Source of the DNA: an uncultured Gammaproteobacteria bacterium
Lineage (GTDB): Bacteria > Pseudomonadota > Gammaproteobacteria > DRLM01
Assembly (NCBI GenBank): GCA_963729605.1
Contig: CAVSNY010000005.1
Location: 192,001 to 256,000 of the forward strand
Length of the DNA: 64,000 nucleotides
Reading direction: 5' to 3'
Of the stretch, positions 52,102 through 62,136 are shown piece after piece. The position numbers and the translations under genes were made by a program. The notes under the pieces are model-generated. The model had not been told where the DNA came from and did not search any database. It saw only the letters and a program-made list of their open reading frames with translations. Each line of letters opens with the position of its first letter. The stretch's first letter is position 1.

Positions 52102-53349
52102 ATGCCTCAAGAAAAACCCCTCATCGACAAAGCGGTGCTAAGGACACTCCATCCCTTGTCCACGCTGCTGGAGGACGACCTCGACGATTTGTCGAAAAAA
52201 ACCCAAATTGAAACCCTGCCGGCCGGCAGCCTGCTGTATACCCAGGGCGCAACCGATCCGCACACGATATACCTGATCGCCGGCAGCGTGGAACTGCGCG
52301 ACCGCGACGGACAGACCAGCCGGATCGACGCCGGCAGCGCCACCGCCCGCCGCCCGTTGAGCGGGCAAAAACCCCGCAACGCCACCGCCACCGCGCTCAC
52401 CGAGGCCGCCGTCATCCGCATCGAGGACAAACTGCTGGAGCTGATGATCAACACCAGCAATCTGGCGCAACCGGCCCAACCTCAAGCCATGGATCCCAAT
52501 GTCATAGAAGAACGCTTGTTCGGACGGCTCTACCAAGATTACATGGAAGACAACATGCTGGTGCCCAGCATGCCGGACATCGCCTTGCGGGTGCGCAGCG
52601 CCATCGACGATCAAACCAAGGACATCGAAGACATCGCCAGGATCGTGCAGGCCGATCCGGCGCTGACCGCGCGGCTGGTGCAAGTGGCCAACAGTCCCCT
52701 CTACCGCGGCCAGGGACCCATCAACAGTTGCCGCAACGCGGTCACCCGGCTGGGCCTAAAACAAACCCGCAATCTGGTTTACAGCTTCGCCCTCAAGCAA
52801 TTGTTCCGTTCCACCTTGCCGGCGCTGCGGCAACGCATGATCCTCCTGTGGCAGCACACCACGTCGGTGGCCGCCATCTCCGCCGTGCTCGCCAAACTCA
52901 CACCCGGTTTCGAAGTGGACCGCGGCCTGTTGGCGGGACTGATCCACGACATCGGCGTCCTGCCCATCATGGCCTACGCGGAACGCTACCCGCAGTTGGT
53001 GAGCGACGCGGCGGTCTTCGACAACATCGTCGCCCGCCTGCGCGGCCAGATCGGCGCCCTGGTGTTGCGGCGTTGGGAATTCGACGACGAGTTGATCAAC
53101 GTGGCCTTGGAGGCCGAAAACTGGGACCGCATGGGCAATCCCGATAAAGCCGATTATGCCGACTTGGTGATCATCGCCCAAATGCACAGTTACATCGGCA
53201 CGTCGCGCATGGCCAAATTACCCGCGATCGATCAAGTGCCCGCCTTCAACAAACTGGCCTTAGGCAAACTCAGCCCGCGTATGAGCGTGCAAATCCTCGA
53301 AGACGCGCGGGAAGACATCGCGGAAGTGGAGAGACTTTTGTTGGGATGA
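52102..53349 (+). CDS. cNMP-binding-like domain + HDOD domain protein
   Basis: N-terminal LYTQG..YLIAGSVEL..PRNATATA; HDOD motifs DPALTARLVQVANSP and GLIHDIG. Confidence 0.85.
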   Translation: MPQEKPLIDKAVLRTLHPLSTLLEDDLDDLSKKTQIETLPAGSLLYTQGATDPHTIYLIAGSVELRDRDGQTSRIDAGSATARRPLSGQKPRNATATALTEAAVIRIEDKLLELMINTSNLAQPAQPQAMDPNVIEERLFGRLYQDYMEDNMLVPSMPDIALRVRSAIDDQTKDIEDIARIVQADPALTARLVQVANSPLYRGQGPINSCRNAVTRLGLKQTRNLVYSFALKQLFRSTLPALRQRMILLWQHTTSVAAISAVLAKLTPGFEVDRGLLAGLIHDIGVLPIMAYAERYPQLVSDAAVFDNIVARLRGQIGALVLRRWEFDDELINVALEAENWDRMGNPDKADYADLVIIAQMHSYIGTSRMAKLPAIDQVPAFNKLALGKLSPRMSVQILEDAREDIAEVERLLLG

Positions 53350-53448
53350 GCAACCGCGCCGTATTCCATCCGCGCCGCGCCGCCACGCCCCTCGACCGGT
53401 AGCGCGGGACGATCGCGATCAAGGAAGCGATCAGGACCCTCATCCCGG

Positions 53449-56400
53449 CTATCCTTTTTCCAGCATCCTCTCGAATTCCTCCGCCGGCACCGCCGGCGAA
53501 TACAGAAAGCCCTGCGCGTAATCGCAACCGAAGGCGATCAACATGTCGCGTTGCAGTTCCTGTTCCACGCCCTCCGCAATGGTCTTGATGCCGAGTTTGT
53601 GCGCCATGACGATGATGGCCTCGGTCAACACCTTATCGCTTTCGTCATCGGTGATATTGCTGATGAACGACCGGTCGATCTTGAGATAGTCGATGTCGAA
53701 TTGCTTGAGATAGGAAAGCGAAGAGAAGCCGGTGCCGAAGTCGTCTATCGAAACTTCGATGCCCTGGTTGCGAAACTCCAGCAAACGCTGCGCGGTCTTG
53801 GCCGAGGCCTTGAGCAAAGATCCTTCGGTGATTTCCACGGTGATGCTGTTTCCGGGCAATCCCAGGCTCGTCAGCATGATCGGCCAAGTCAGTTTTTGGC
53901 TAGGGTATTCGAATTGAACCGGCGACTTGTTCACGCAGACCGACACGATGCGCCCGAATTGCTTGCGCCAGCGCTCGACACCGGCGATGGCCTGTTGAAA
54001 TACCCAATCGCCGATCTCGTAGATCAGGCCGGATTCTTCAGCCAAGGGAATGAAGAGATCGGGCCTGACCAGGCCGCGTTCGGGATGTTTCCAGCGCAAC
54101 AAGGCCTCGGCCTTGACGATCCGGCCGGTCGCCAGTTCGAGAATCGGCTGGTAATAAACGTGCAGTTCGCCGCGCGCCAAGGCCCGCCGCAGGTCATGGA
54201 TCAAGGCGAGCTTCTCGCGCGCCTCGCGCTGCATGGATTCGGTAAAGTAACTGAAACGCTGACGCCCTTCGGCCTTGGCCTTGTACATGGCCTGATCGGC
54301 GCGTTTCAACAGACCTTCTTTATCCTGCGCATCCTCGGGGTAGAGGGTGATGCCGATGCTGGCCGAAATGTAGTAACTCACCTCGTCGTTTTCAAAATAG
54401 AAAGGCCGGCTCAATTCCTGGATGATGTGATGGGCGATACGTTCGACCTGCATCCTATCGCCCAATTCAGGCAAGATCGCGGTGAATTCGTCGCCGCCCA
54501 GCCGGGAGATGGTATCGGCCTCGCGCACGCAACCGCCGATGCGGCGCGCCGCTTCCACCAACATCAAATCGCCGGCGGAATGTCCCAAGGTATCGTTGAT
54601 GACTTTAAAGTGGTCCAGGTCGATGAACAACAGGGCCAGCGACGAGCCGTTGCGGTGCGCCTTCTTGATCTCCTGTTCCAAGCGATCCTGCAACAAACGG
54701 CGGTTGGGCAGGCCGGTCAACACGTCGTAATTGGCTTGTTTCCAAATCAGTTCGTCCTTCTGTTTCTTTTCGGTGATGTCGGCAAATTGCGCGACGTAGC
54801 GATACACGCTGCCGTCCGGATGGCGGATGATACTGATGTTGGCCCATTTGGCGTACAGCTCGCCGTCTTTGCGGCGGTCCCATATTTCTCCCTGCCAACG
54901 CCCTTCGCTCAGAATGGTCTGCCACATCTCCCGGTAAAATTTTTGGTCGTGCCGTCCGGATTGCAGCAGCTTGGGATCCTGACCCATCACCTCCGCTAGT
55001 TCATAGCCGGTGATGCGGGTAAACGCCGGATTGACGTCGACGATAAGATTGTTTTCATCGGTCACCATGATGGCTTCGGAGCTGGCCTGATAAATCGAGG
55101 TCGCCAGCTTCATGTTTTCCTGGGCGAGCATGCGTTCGGTGATGTCCATCGCCGCGCCGATGGCGTACAGCGGCTGACCGGCGGCGTCGCGCACCATGAT
55201 CCCGCGATCGTGCACCCACAGCACCTTGCCGTCGCGGCGGATCAAGCGGTGTTCGACTTTATAGAGACCGGTCACCAAGGCTTCTTCCCAGGCTAGGCGC
55301 ATGACCGGCAGATCGTCGGGGTGGATGTACTGAAACCAATCGTCCAAGACCTGCATGCTGGGCTGCGCCGGCAATCCCAACATCCGGTTCAGCGAGGCGT
55401 CGCGGGTATCCATGCCGCTGCGCAAATCGACCCGCCACGTCCCGGTACGGCTGGCCTCCAAGGCGCTCTGTAAACGTTCGTGACTCTCCCGCAACGCGTC
55501 TTCGCCGCGTTTGCGTTCGGTGATGTCCCAATTGGTCCCCAGCATGCGCCGGACTTCGCCGCGCTCGTCGCAATACACCTCGCCATAGGATTTGATATGG
55601 AGGATTTCGCCGTCCGGCCGCATCACGCGGAATTCCGTATTGAACGGTTTTTTCTCGGTGATGGAGGCCCGTACCTCGGCCTCGAGCCGCGCCCGGTCAT
55701 CCTTATGCAGACACTGCCGCCAGGCCTCATAGGCACCGGAAAAATCCTCGCGGCGAATACCGTAGAGCAGGAACATACTGTCATCCCACAACAGTTGACC
55801 GCTGGCGATATCCCAATCCCACACCCCGATACCGCTGGCCCGCGCGGCCTGTACCAGGCGATCCCGGCTGTCGCGCAAAGCGAGTTCGTCCGGGCCGTGC
55901 GCGGCGATATTGTAAAAAATGAAAAGCCGGTCCCCCGCACCATCACCCAACAGGATCTCGCTCGTCATGGCGGTGCGGATCGTGCCGTCCTTGCAGCGAA
56001 TAGTGATTTCCGATCCTTGAGAACGGACATGTCCGTTTATATCGGCCGGCGGCGCGCCCGCGGTCCGCAACCGGTATTTCGAATTGGGATGCACCTGGGC
56101 CAGCCAGTCGTCCAAGGTGGGTATATCTTGCGCGTCATAACCGAAGTTGGCGATGAACGCGGCATTTAAATGCGCGATACGCCGCTGTGCGTCGTAGAGG
56201 GCGTAAGGCACGGGGGATTGATCGATGATGGCGCGCAAGTCGGCTTCGCTTCGTTGTAATTCCGACTCGGCGCGCTTGCCTGCGCTGATGTCCCGCGCGG
56301 TCCCCACTACATGGCCGGGCTTGCCCTCGGCAGCGCGCTGAAACGACACTCGGCCGGCGATAGTGCGCGGTTCACCGTCAGGATGGACGATGCGGTATTC

Positions 56401-56673
56401 GAGGGCGGGCGGCTCGCCGCCTTGCAAGGCGGCGTCGAGCCAAGCCTCCAAGGCCGGGCGGTCGTCGGGGTGGGTCAGATCAAGAAAATTTTTTACGCTA
56501 GGCTCGAAGCGATCGGGAGAGAGTCCATGAATCCGATACATTTCGTCGGTCCAGACGACCGCGCCGCTGCCACAGTCGATCCGCCAGCCGCCGCTATCGC
56601 CGAGCTGCCGCAGCATCAGCAGCAGCTCCTTTTCGTGCAGCCCTGCTTCTCGGATTTTTGTATGGACAATCAT
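53449..56673 (-). CDS. Multi-PAS GGDEF-EAL protein
   Basis: Several PAS/PAC repeats (HPDD), RLGGDEF, EALLRW, IDDFGTGFSSL. Confidence 0.93.
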   Translation of the reverse strand: MIVHTKIREAGLHEKELLLMLRQLGDSGGWRIDCGSGAVVWTDEMYRIHGLSPDRFEPSVKNFLDLTHPDDRPALEAWLDAALQGGEPPALEYRIVHPDGEPRTIAGRVSFQRAAEGKPGHVVGTARDISAGKRAESELQRSEADLRAIIDQSPVPYALYDAQRRIAHLNAAFIANFGYDAQDIPTLDDWLAQVHPNSKYRLRTAGAPPADINGHVRSQGSEITIRCKDGTIRTAMTSEILLGDGAGDRLFIFYNIAAHGPDELALRDSRDRLVQAARASGIGVWDWDIASGQLLWDDSMFLLYGIRREDFSGAYEAWRQCLHKDDRARLEAEVRASITEKKPFNTEFRVMRPDGEILHIKSYGEVYCDERGEVRRMLGTNWDITERKRGEDALRESHERLQSALEASRTGTWRVDLRSGMDTRDASLNRMLGLPAQPSMQVLDDWFQYIHPDDLPVMRLAWEEALVTGLYKVEHRLIRRDGKVLWVHDRGIMVRDAAGQPLYAIGAAMDITERMLAQENMKLATSIYQASSEAIMVTDENNLIVDVNPAFTRITGYELAEVMGQDPKLLQSGRHDQKFYREMWQTILSEGRWQGEIWDRRKDGELYAKWANISIIRHPDGSVYRYVAQFADITEKKQKDELIWKQANYDVLTGLPNRRLLQDRLEQEIKKAHRNGSSLALLFIDLDHFKVINDTLGHSAGDLMLVEAARRIGGCVREADTISRLGGDEFTAILPELGDRMQVERIAHHIIQELSRPFYFENDEVSYYISASIGITLYPEDAQDKEGLLKRADQAMYKAKAEGRQRFSYFTESMQREAREKLALIHDLRRALARGELHVYYQPILELATGRIVKAEALLRWKHPERGLVRPDLFIPLAEESGLIYEIGDWVFQQAIAGVERWRKQFGRIVSVCVNKSPVQFEYPSQKLTWPIMLTSLGLPGNSITVEITEGSLLKASAKTAQRLLEFRNQGIEVSIDDFGTGFSSLSYLKQFDIDYLKIDRSFISNITDDESDKVLTEAIIVMAHKLGIKTIAEGVEQELQRDMLIAFGCDYAQGFLYSPAVPAEEFERMLEKG

Positions 56674-57315
56674 GCCCCGCCTCTCTCGAACCACGGCGTT
56701 ATCAGGGCACCGGGCATCATCGATCCACGCCACACCCGGGACCCATACTGGGCATCCTTATCCCGCGAAGAGGGTCAGCCTCCAAGCTGACTCGATCCGC
56801 GTTTCACGGCCGCTCCGGAGCGGGCAGCGCCATGACAGCGATATATGTTTTCAATTTAATCGCCGATTCCCTGATAACGCATCTGCCGGACCGGTCGGTT
56901 CCTTCGTCCCGGCACTAATAGAAAGCATTCTCAGAGTATAGGGCATAAAACCCGATCTTTGACTGGCTGTCAATCACGGCTGTGGGATGCGGGATGACCC
57001 TTCCGAACCCGGCATGATGCGTATTATTCTCACGCGCGGCCTGAAACGTCCGCGCATCGATCCTGGCTCTCATCTCGATGCAAGCACCGCGTCGCGGCCC
57101 GCCGCGGACCGCTCATGCCGCAGGTCATGACGACCCTGGGTCACGGCCCCGCATCGCCCACCGAAGCCCCGCGGACAACGCGGTGCCGTCCCAATCAAAA
57201 ACCGTTCCAGGGTGGCAAAGGATCACTACCCGGCGCGCTGACGGTATCAGCGGTAGATTTCATGAGGGAGGTGTTTTATTCTTCGGCTATCCCTCATTAC
57301 CCATAAGGCGGACTC

Positions 57316-57612
57316 ATGCTCAACATCAACACCTTTCGGGTCATCAGCATGGTGGAAGGACTTTCCTTCCTCATATTATTGTTCATCGCCATGCCGGCCA
57401 AATACCACTTCGGTTATCCGCAGGCGGTATCGGTGGCCGGGCTCGGTCACGGCCTGTTATTCATGTTGTTTTTCTTCATGGCGGTGATGGTGGGGCAGCG
57501 CCATGCCTGGAGCGACCGTTATACCTTGATGGTCATCATCGCCGGCGTGTTGCCCTTCGGCTGCCTGTTCCTCGAAAAAAGCCTCAAACGGCAGGCCGAG
57601 GCCGTCGCCTGA
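57316..57612 (+). CDS. DUF3817-like small membrane protein
   Basis: EGLSFLILLFIAMP.KY, HGLLF, LPFG pattern. Confidence 0.8.
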   Translation: MLNINTFRVISMVEGLSFLILLFIAMPAKYHFGYPQAVSVAGLGHGLLFMLFFFMAVMVGQRHAWSDRYTLMVIIAGVLPFGCLFLEKSLKRQAEAVA

Positions 57613-57927
57613 GGTCAACTCGCCTCACTAAAAAATGATCGCGCAACACGGCCCCTACAGCAGGAAACCGGGGCGGGGGGCAGGGTCGGCAATCCGCCGC
57701 GTTCGACCCCCGACCTATCTGCCCTTGCAGGGGGTGATTTGTTTTAATTTTAAAATTCCCCGCGGCTTGCAGAAGGGACAAGGCGATGGGGGATTCTTAG
57801 GAAAGGAAGGCGTGGCGAGGGCGCGCGATTCTTCCCCTTGGGCAGGCGCGGGGATGCATTCCCGTGGGCAGTCAGCCCCGTTTAATCGGCGTATTTATCA
57901 CTTCAATTCCCGGTTTAACCAACAAGG

Positions 57928-58791
57928 ATGACCACCATGCACAGTAAATTCGTTGATTGGAAGCGAGGCGTGGCTTGTCTCGCCTTGTCTTTGGCGGTAT
58001 CTCCGCTGTTAGCTGATAACGACGCGGACGCGGCAAAAAATAAACTGGCGCAAATCATCGACGGCGAACACCGCTCCGCCGCCAACCAGGCCCGCGATGT
58101 CTACCGCCATCCGCTGGACACCCTGCTCTTCTTCGGCCTGCGCGACGACATGCACGTGGTGGAGATCGCGCCGGGCGGCGGCTGGTATACCGAGATCATC
58201 GCGCCCTACGTCAACGAGCGGGGACAATATTACGGCGCCGGCGCGGACGCGGAATCGCCGCAGGAATCGGTGCGCGCGGGCGCGGCGCGTTTCAAGGCCA
58301 AGCTCGCGGAACACCCGGAACTGTACGGCAACGCCATCGTCACCGAACTCGCGCCGCCGCACAAAACCGCCATCGCGCCGGCCGGTTCGGCCGACATGGT
58401 GTTGACCTTCCGCAACGTGCATAACTGGCTGGCGGCGGGCACCGCCGATCAGGTGTTCGCCGCCATGTACCAGGCGCTCAAACCGGGCGGCATCCTCGGC
58501 GTGGTCGAGCATCGCGGCAAGCCCGAGGTCGAGCAGGACCCCAAGGCGAAATCCGGGTATGTGAACGAGGCCTATGTCATCGACTTGGCGAAAAAGGCCG
58601 GTTTCGAACTGGTGGAAAAATCGGAGATCAACGCCAATCCCAAGGACAGCAAGGACTATGAAGGCGGGGTCTGGACCCTGCCGCCCACCCTGCGTCTGAA
58701 AGAGCAAGACCGCGAGCGTTATCTCGCCATCGGCGAAAGCGATCGCATGACCTTGAAGTTCGTCAAACCGATAATCCACGCCGGCGATTGA
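57928..58791 (+). CDS. Exported class I SAM-dependent methyltransferase-like protein
   Basis: Signal peptide; RDVYRHP, EIAPGGGWYT, LTFRNVHNW, IGESDRMTLKF. Confidence 0.85.
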   Translation: MTTMHSKFVDWKRGVACLALSLAVSPLLADNDADAAKNKLAQIIDGEHRSAANQARDVYRHPLDTLLFFGLRDDMHVVEIAPGGGWYTEIIAPYVNERGQYYGAGADAESPQESVRAGAARFKAKLAEHPELYGNAIVTELAPPHKTAIAPAGSADMVLTFRNVHNWLAAGTADQVFAAMYQALKPGGILGVVEHRGKPEVEQDPKAKSGYVNEAYVIDLAKKAGFELVEKSEINANPKDSKDYEGGVWTLPPTLRLKEQDRERYLAIGESDRMTLKFVKPIIHAGD

Positions 58792-58818
58792 ATCACCCGC
58801 GTCGGGCGGCGATTAAGT

Positions 58819-58958
58819 GAATTATTCAGAGGTTCCCGCGACACATGGATGTGCCGCGATTTTCGATGGTGTTAACCATTGAAAATGAAGGGAGCGAAAA
58901 TCACCTTTTCGCTTCCCGTGCGCTGAAAATTTCAGGATGAAATTATTCAGAGCTTCCT
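58819..58958. mobile_element. MITE-like structured repeat, copy 2
   Basis: Colinear with 11395-11533; ATTATTCAGAG(G/C)TTCC at both ends in direct orientation. Confidence 0.6.
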
Positions 58959-59081
58959 GAAGTGACCCCGCCCCAGCCGGGGCTTATAACATGAACGCCT
59001 CAAAGGCACTTCAAAACACCGGCCGCTGCATTGGCCGTCTCAGCGAGTAACTCCCTCCCTCTGCGAGGAAGGGGACCTCGA

Positions 59082-60550
59082 CTAAGACGCCGCGATCGCC
59101 GCCGCGCACAAGGTCAGCAGCGCGCCGGGATAAATGCCGAGCACCAGCACGGCGAGGCCGTTGATGCTCATGATCCATTTCATGTCGGCGGTCGAAGTCA
59201 GCGGCGTCTTGTCGTCGGCCTTGTCGAAATACATCAGCTTGACGACGCGCAGATAATAATACGCGCCGATGATCGCGAAGATCACCGCCACCACCGCCAG
59301 CCACACCATGCCGGAACGGATCACCGATTCGAGCACCGCGAACTTGGCCCAGAAGCCGAGGAAAGGCGGCACGCCGGCCATCGAGAACATCAATATCGCC
59401 ATCATGGCGGCGAACCAGGGGCTGCGTTCGTTGAGACCTTTGAAATCCTCGAGCTTGTCCGCCTCGAAACCGGCGCGGCTGAGCAGGAGGATCATGCCGA
59501 AGCCGCCCACGCTCATCAGCGCGTAGACGATCACGTAGAACATCGAAGCGGCGTAACCGTGGCGGCGCCGGTGAGCACACCCAGCAGCAGGAAACCGACA
59601 TGGGCGATGGTCGAATAGGCCAGCATGCGTTTCAGATTGCCTTGGGCGATGGCGATGATATTACCGGCCGCCATCGACAGGACGGCCAGCACGATCAACA
59701 TGCCCTGCCAATGCACGTGCAGGTCTTCCAAGCCCATCCACCAGCAGGCGCATCAGCATGGCAAAGGCCGCGATCTTGGGCGCGCTGCCGATGTACAAGG
59801 TCACCGGCCGTCGGTGCGCCGTGATAGACGTCGGGTATCCACATATGGAAAGGCACGGCGCCCAGCTTGAAGGCCACCCCCACCATCGATGAAGGCCAGC
59901 CGCGAACATCAGCACCACGTTCTCGGTGGCGCCTTGCGAAGATAGGCGGCGATCTGGCCGAGGTCCAGACTGCCGGTCACGCCGTAGAGGATGGACATGC
60001 CGTACAGCAGCAAACCGGAAGCCAGGGCGCCGAGGATGAAATATTTCATGGCCGCTTCGGAGGCGATGCCGTGTCGCGTTGCAGCGCCACCATCGCGTAG
60101 AGGCACAGCGACAGCAGTTCCAGACCCGAATATAGACGGTGAGCAGATTGTGGGCCGAGATCAGCACCATCATGCCCAACACGCCGAACAGGCCGAGCAC
60201 GTAAAACTCGCCCTTGAACAATTTCCGTTCGATCAGATACTGGCGCGAATAAATGAACACCGCCGCGGTGGTGAGATACAACGAAAAACTTCAGCACGTC
60301 GGCCATGCGCGTCGCTGACGAAGGTGCCGGAGAAGGTCAGCACCGGTCCGGCGTATGGAGGCGTGAAGGTGAGCATCGCCGCGCCCACCAGGGTGGCCAG
60401 CGACATTAAATAAGTGATCACCCGGTTGCGGTCGGTGAGGAACAGGTCCACCACCAGGATCATGCAGGCCATGGTCAGCACGAAGATCTCCGGCAGGGCC
60501 GGAGTCAGGTCTGGCATTACAAACCCGGAATTCGCCAGTTGTTCGCTCAT
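59082..60550 (-). CDS. nuoN: NADH-quinone oxidoreductase subunit N (multiple frameshifts)
   Basis: Fragments [42 protein letters not shown] and FSMAGVPPF in different frames. Confidence 0.9.
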
Positions 60551-60589
60551 CAGCAATTCGCCTTTAAATCAGCCACGCTATCGTTATCG

Positions 60590-62108
60590 TTACAGTTTGG
60601 ACGCTACGACGTGTTGCAGGAGGTTGGTCACCGAGGCGTGCAGCACGTCCACCAGCGGGTCCGGCCACACGCCGATCAGCAACACCAGGATCGCCAGCGA
60701 ACCGAGCACCAGCCCTTCGCGGCCGTTGATATCCTTTAAAGTCCGCCACACCCGGATTCTTCACTTCGCCGAACAACACGCGTTTGACCATCCACAAGGT
60801 GTAGGCGGCGCCGAAGATCAGCGTCGTCGCGGCCAGGAAGGCCAGCCAGAAATTGGCCTTGAACGCGCTCATGATCACCATGAATTCGCCGACGAAACCG
60901 GAAGTGCCGGGCATGCCGGCGTTGGCCATCGCGAACAGCACCATCAAGGCCGCGAAGTTCGGCATGGTGTTGACCACCCCGCCGTAGTCGCTGATGTTGC
61001 GGCTGTGCAGGCGGTCGTACATCACGCCCACGCAAAGGAACAGCGCGCCGGAGATGAAGCCATGGGAAATCAATTGCACCACCGCGCCTTCAAAACCCAA
61101 GGCCGCGCCCTGAATGCTTCCGGTCTGCTCGAAGATGCTGAAGACCAGAAAGAAGCCCAGGGTGACGAAACCCATGTGGGCGATCGACGAATAGGCGATG
61201 AGTTTTTTCATGTCCTCCTGCACCAGGGCCACCAGCGCGATATACACCACCGCGATCAGCGACAAGGTGATCACCAGCCAGTCGAGTTCGCTGGAGGCGT
61301 CGGGCGTGATCGGCAGCATGAAACGCACGAAACCGTAGGCGCCGAGTTTCAGCATGATCGCCGCCAAAATCACCGAACCGCCGGTGGGCGCCTCGACGTG
61401 GGCGTCCGGCAACCAGGTGTGTACCGGCCACATCGGCACTTTGACCGCGAAGGCGAGCAAAAAGGCCAGGAACAGCAGGATCTGCTCGGTCATGCTCAAC
61501 GACAGGCGGTGATAATCCAGAATGTAGAAGCTGTCGCTCTGGAAGAACAGATAAAGAACCGCGATCAGCAGGAACACCGAGCCGAGGAAGGTGTAAAGAA
61601 AGAACTTGATGGCGGCGTAGACCCGGCGTTGGCCGCCCCACACGCCGATCACGATGAACATGGGGATCAGCATCGCTTCCCAGAACACGTAGAACAAGGC
61701 TGCGTCCAAGGCCGCGAACACGCCGATCATCAAACCTTCCATGATCAGAAAGGCCGCCATGTACTGCGCGACTTTTTTCTGGATCGATTCCCAGCCGGCG
61801 ATCACCACCAGCACCGTGGTGAAGGTGGTCAGCAGGATCAGCAGCAGGGAGATGCCGTCGATGCCGAGGTGATAATTGATGCTGAAGGCGCTGATCCAGG
61901 GCCGCAGCTCCTCGAACTGCATGGTCGCCGTGGCGTTATTGAACTGGGTATACAGCGGCAGCGAGGCCAGGAAGGTCAAGACCGCGACCAGCAGCGACAA
62001 CCAGCGCACCGCGCCGTTGCCGACGACATTGGACGCCGCCAGCACCGCCAAACCGCCGAAGATGGGCAGCCAGATGACCAGACTCAACAGGGGCAATTCA
62101 GACAACAT
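60590..62108 (-). CDS. nuoM: NADH-quinone oxidoreductase subunit M (frameshift near 60730)
   Basis: AVKVPMWPVHTWLPDAHVEAPT, KKLIAYSSIAHMG; native end SVTNLLQHVVASKL in a shifted frame. Confidence 0.93.
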
Positions 62109-62136
62109 GCGTTCCAGGCCTTGTTCGTTTTATGGG

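Noticed and set aside
59005-59040. tRNA-Sec suggested by a CTTCAAA loop
   Set aside because: The flanks do not form an anticodon stem and there is no T-arm.
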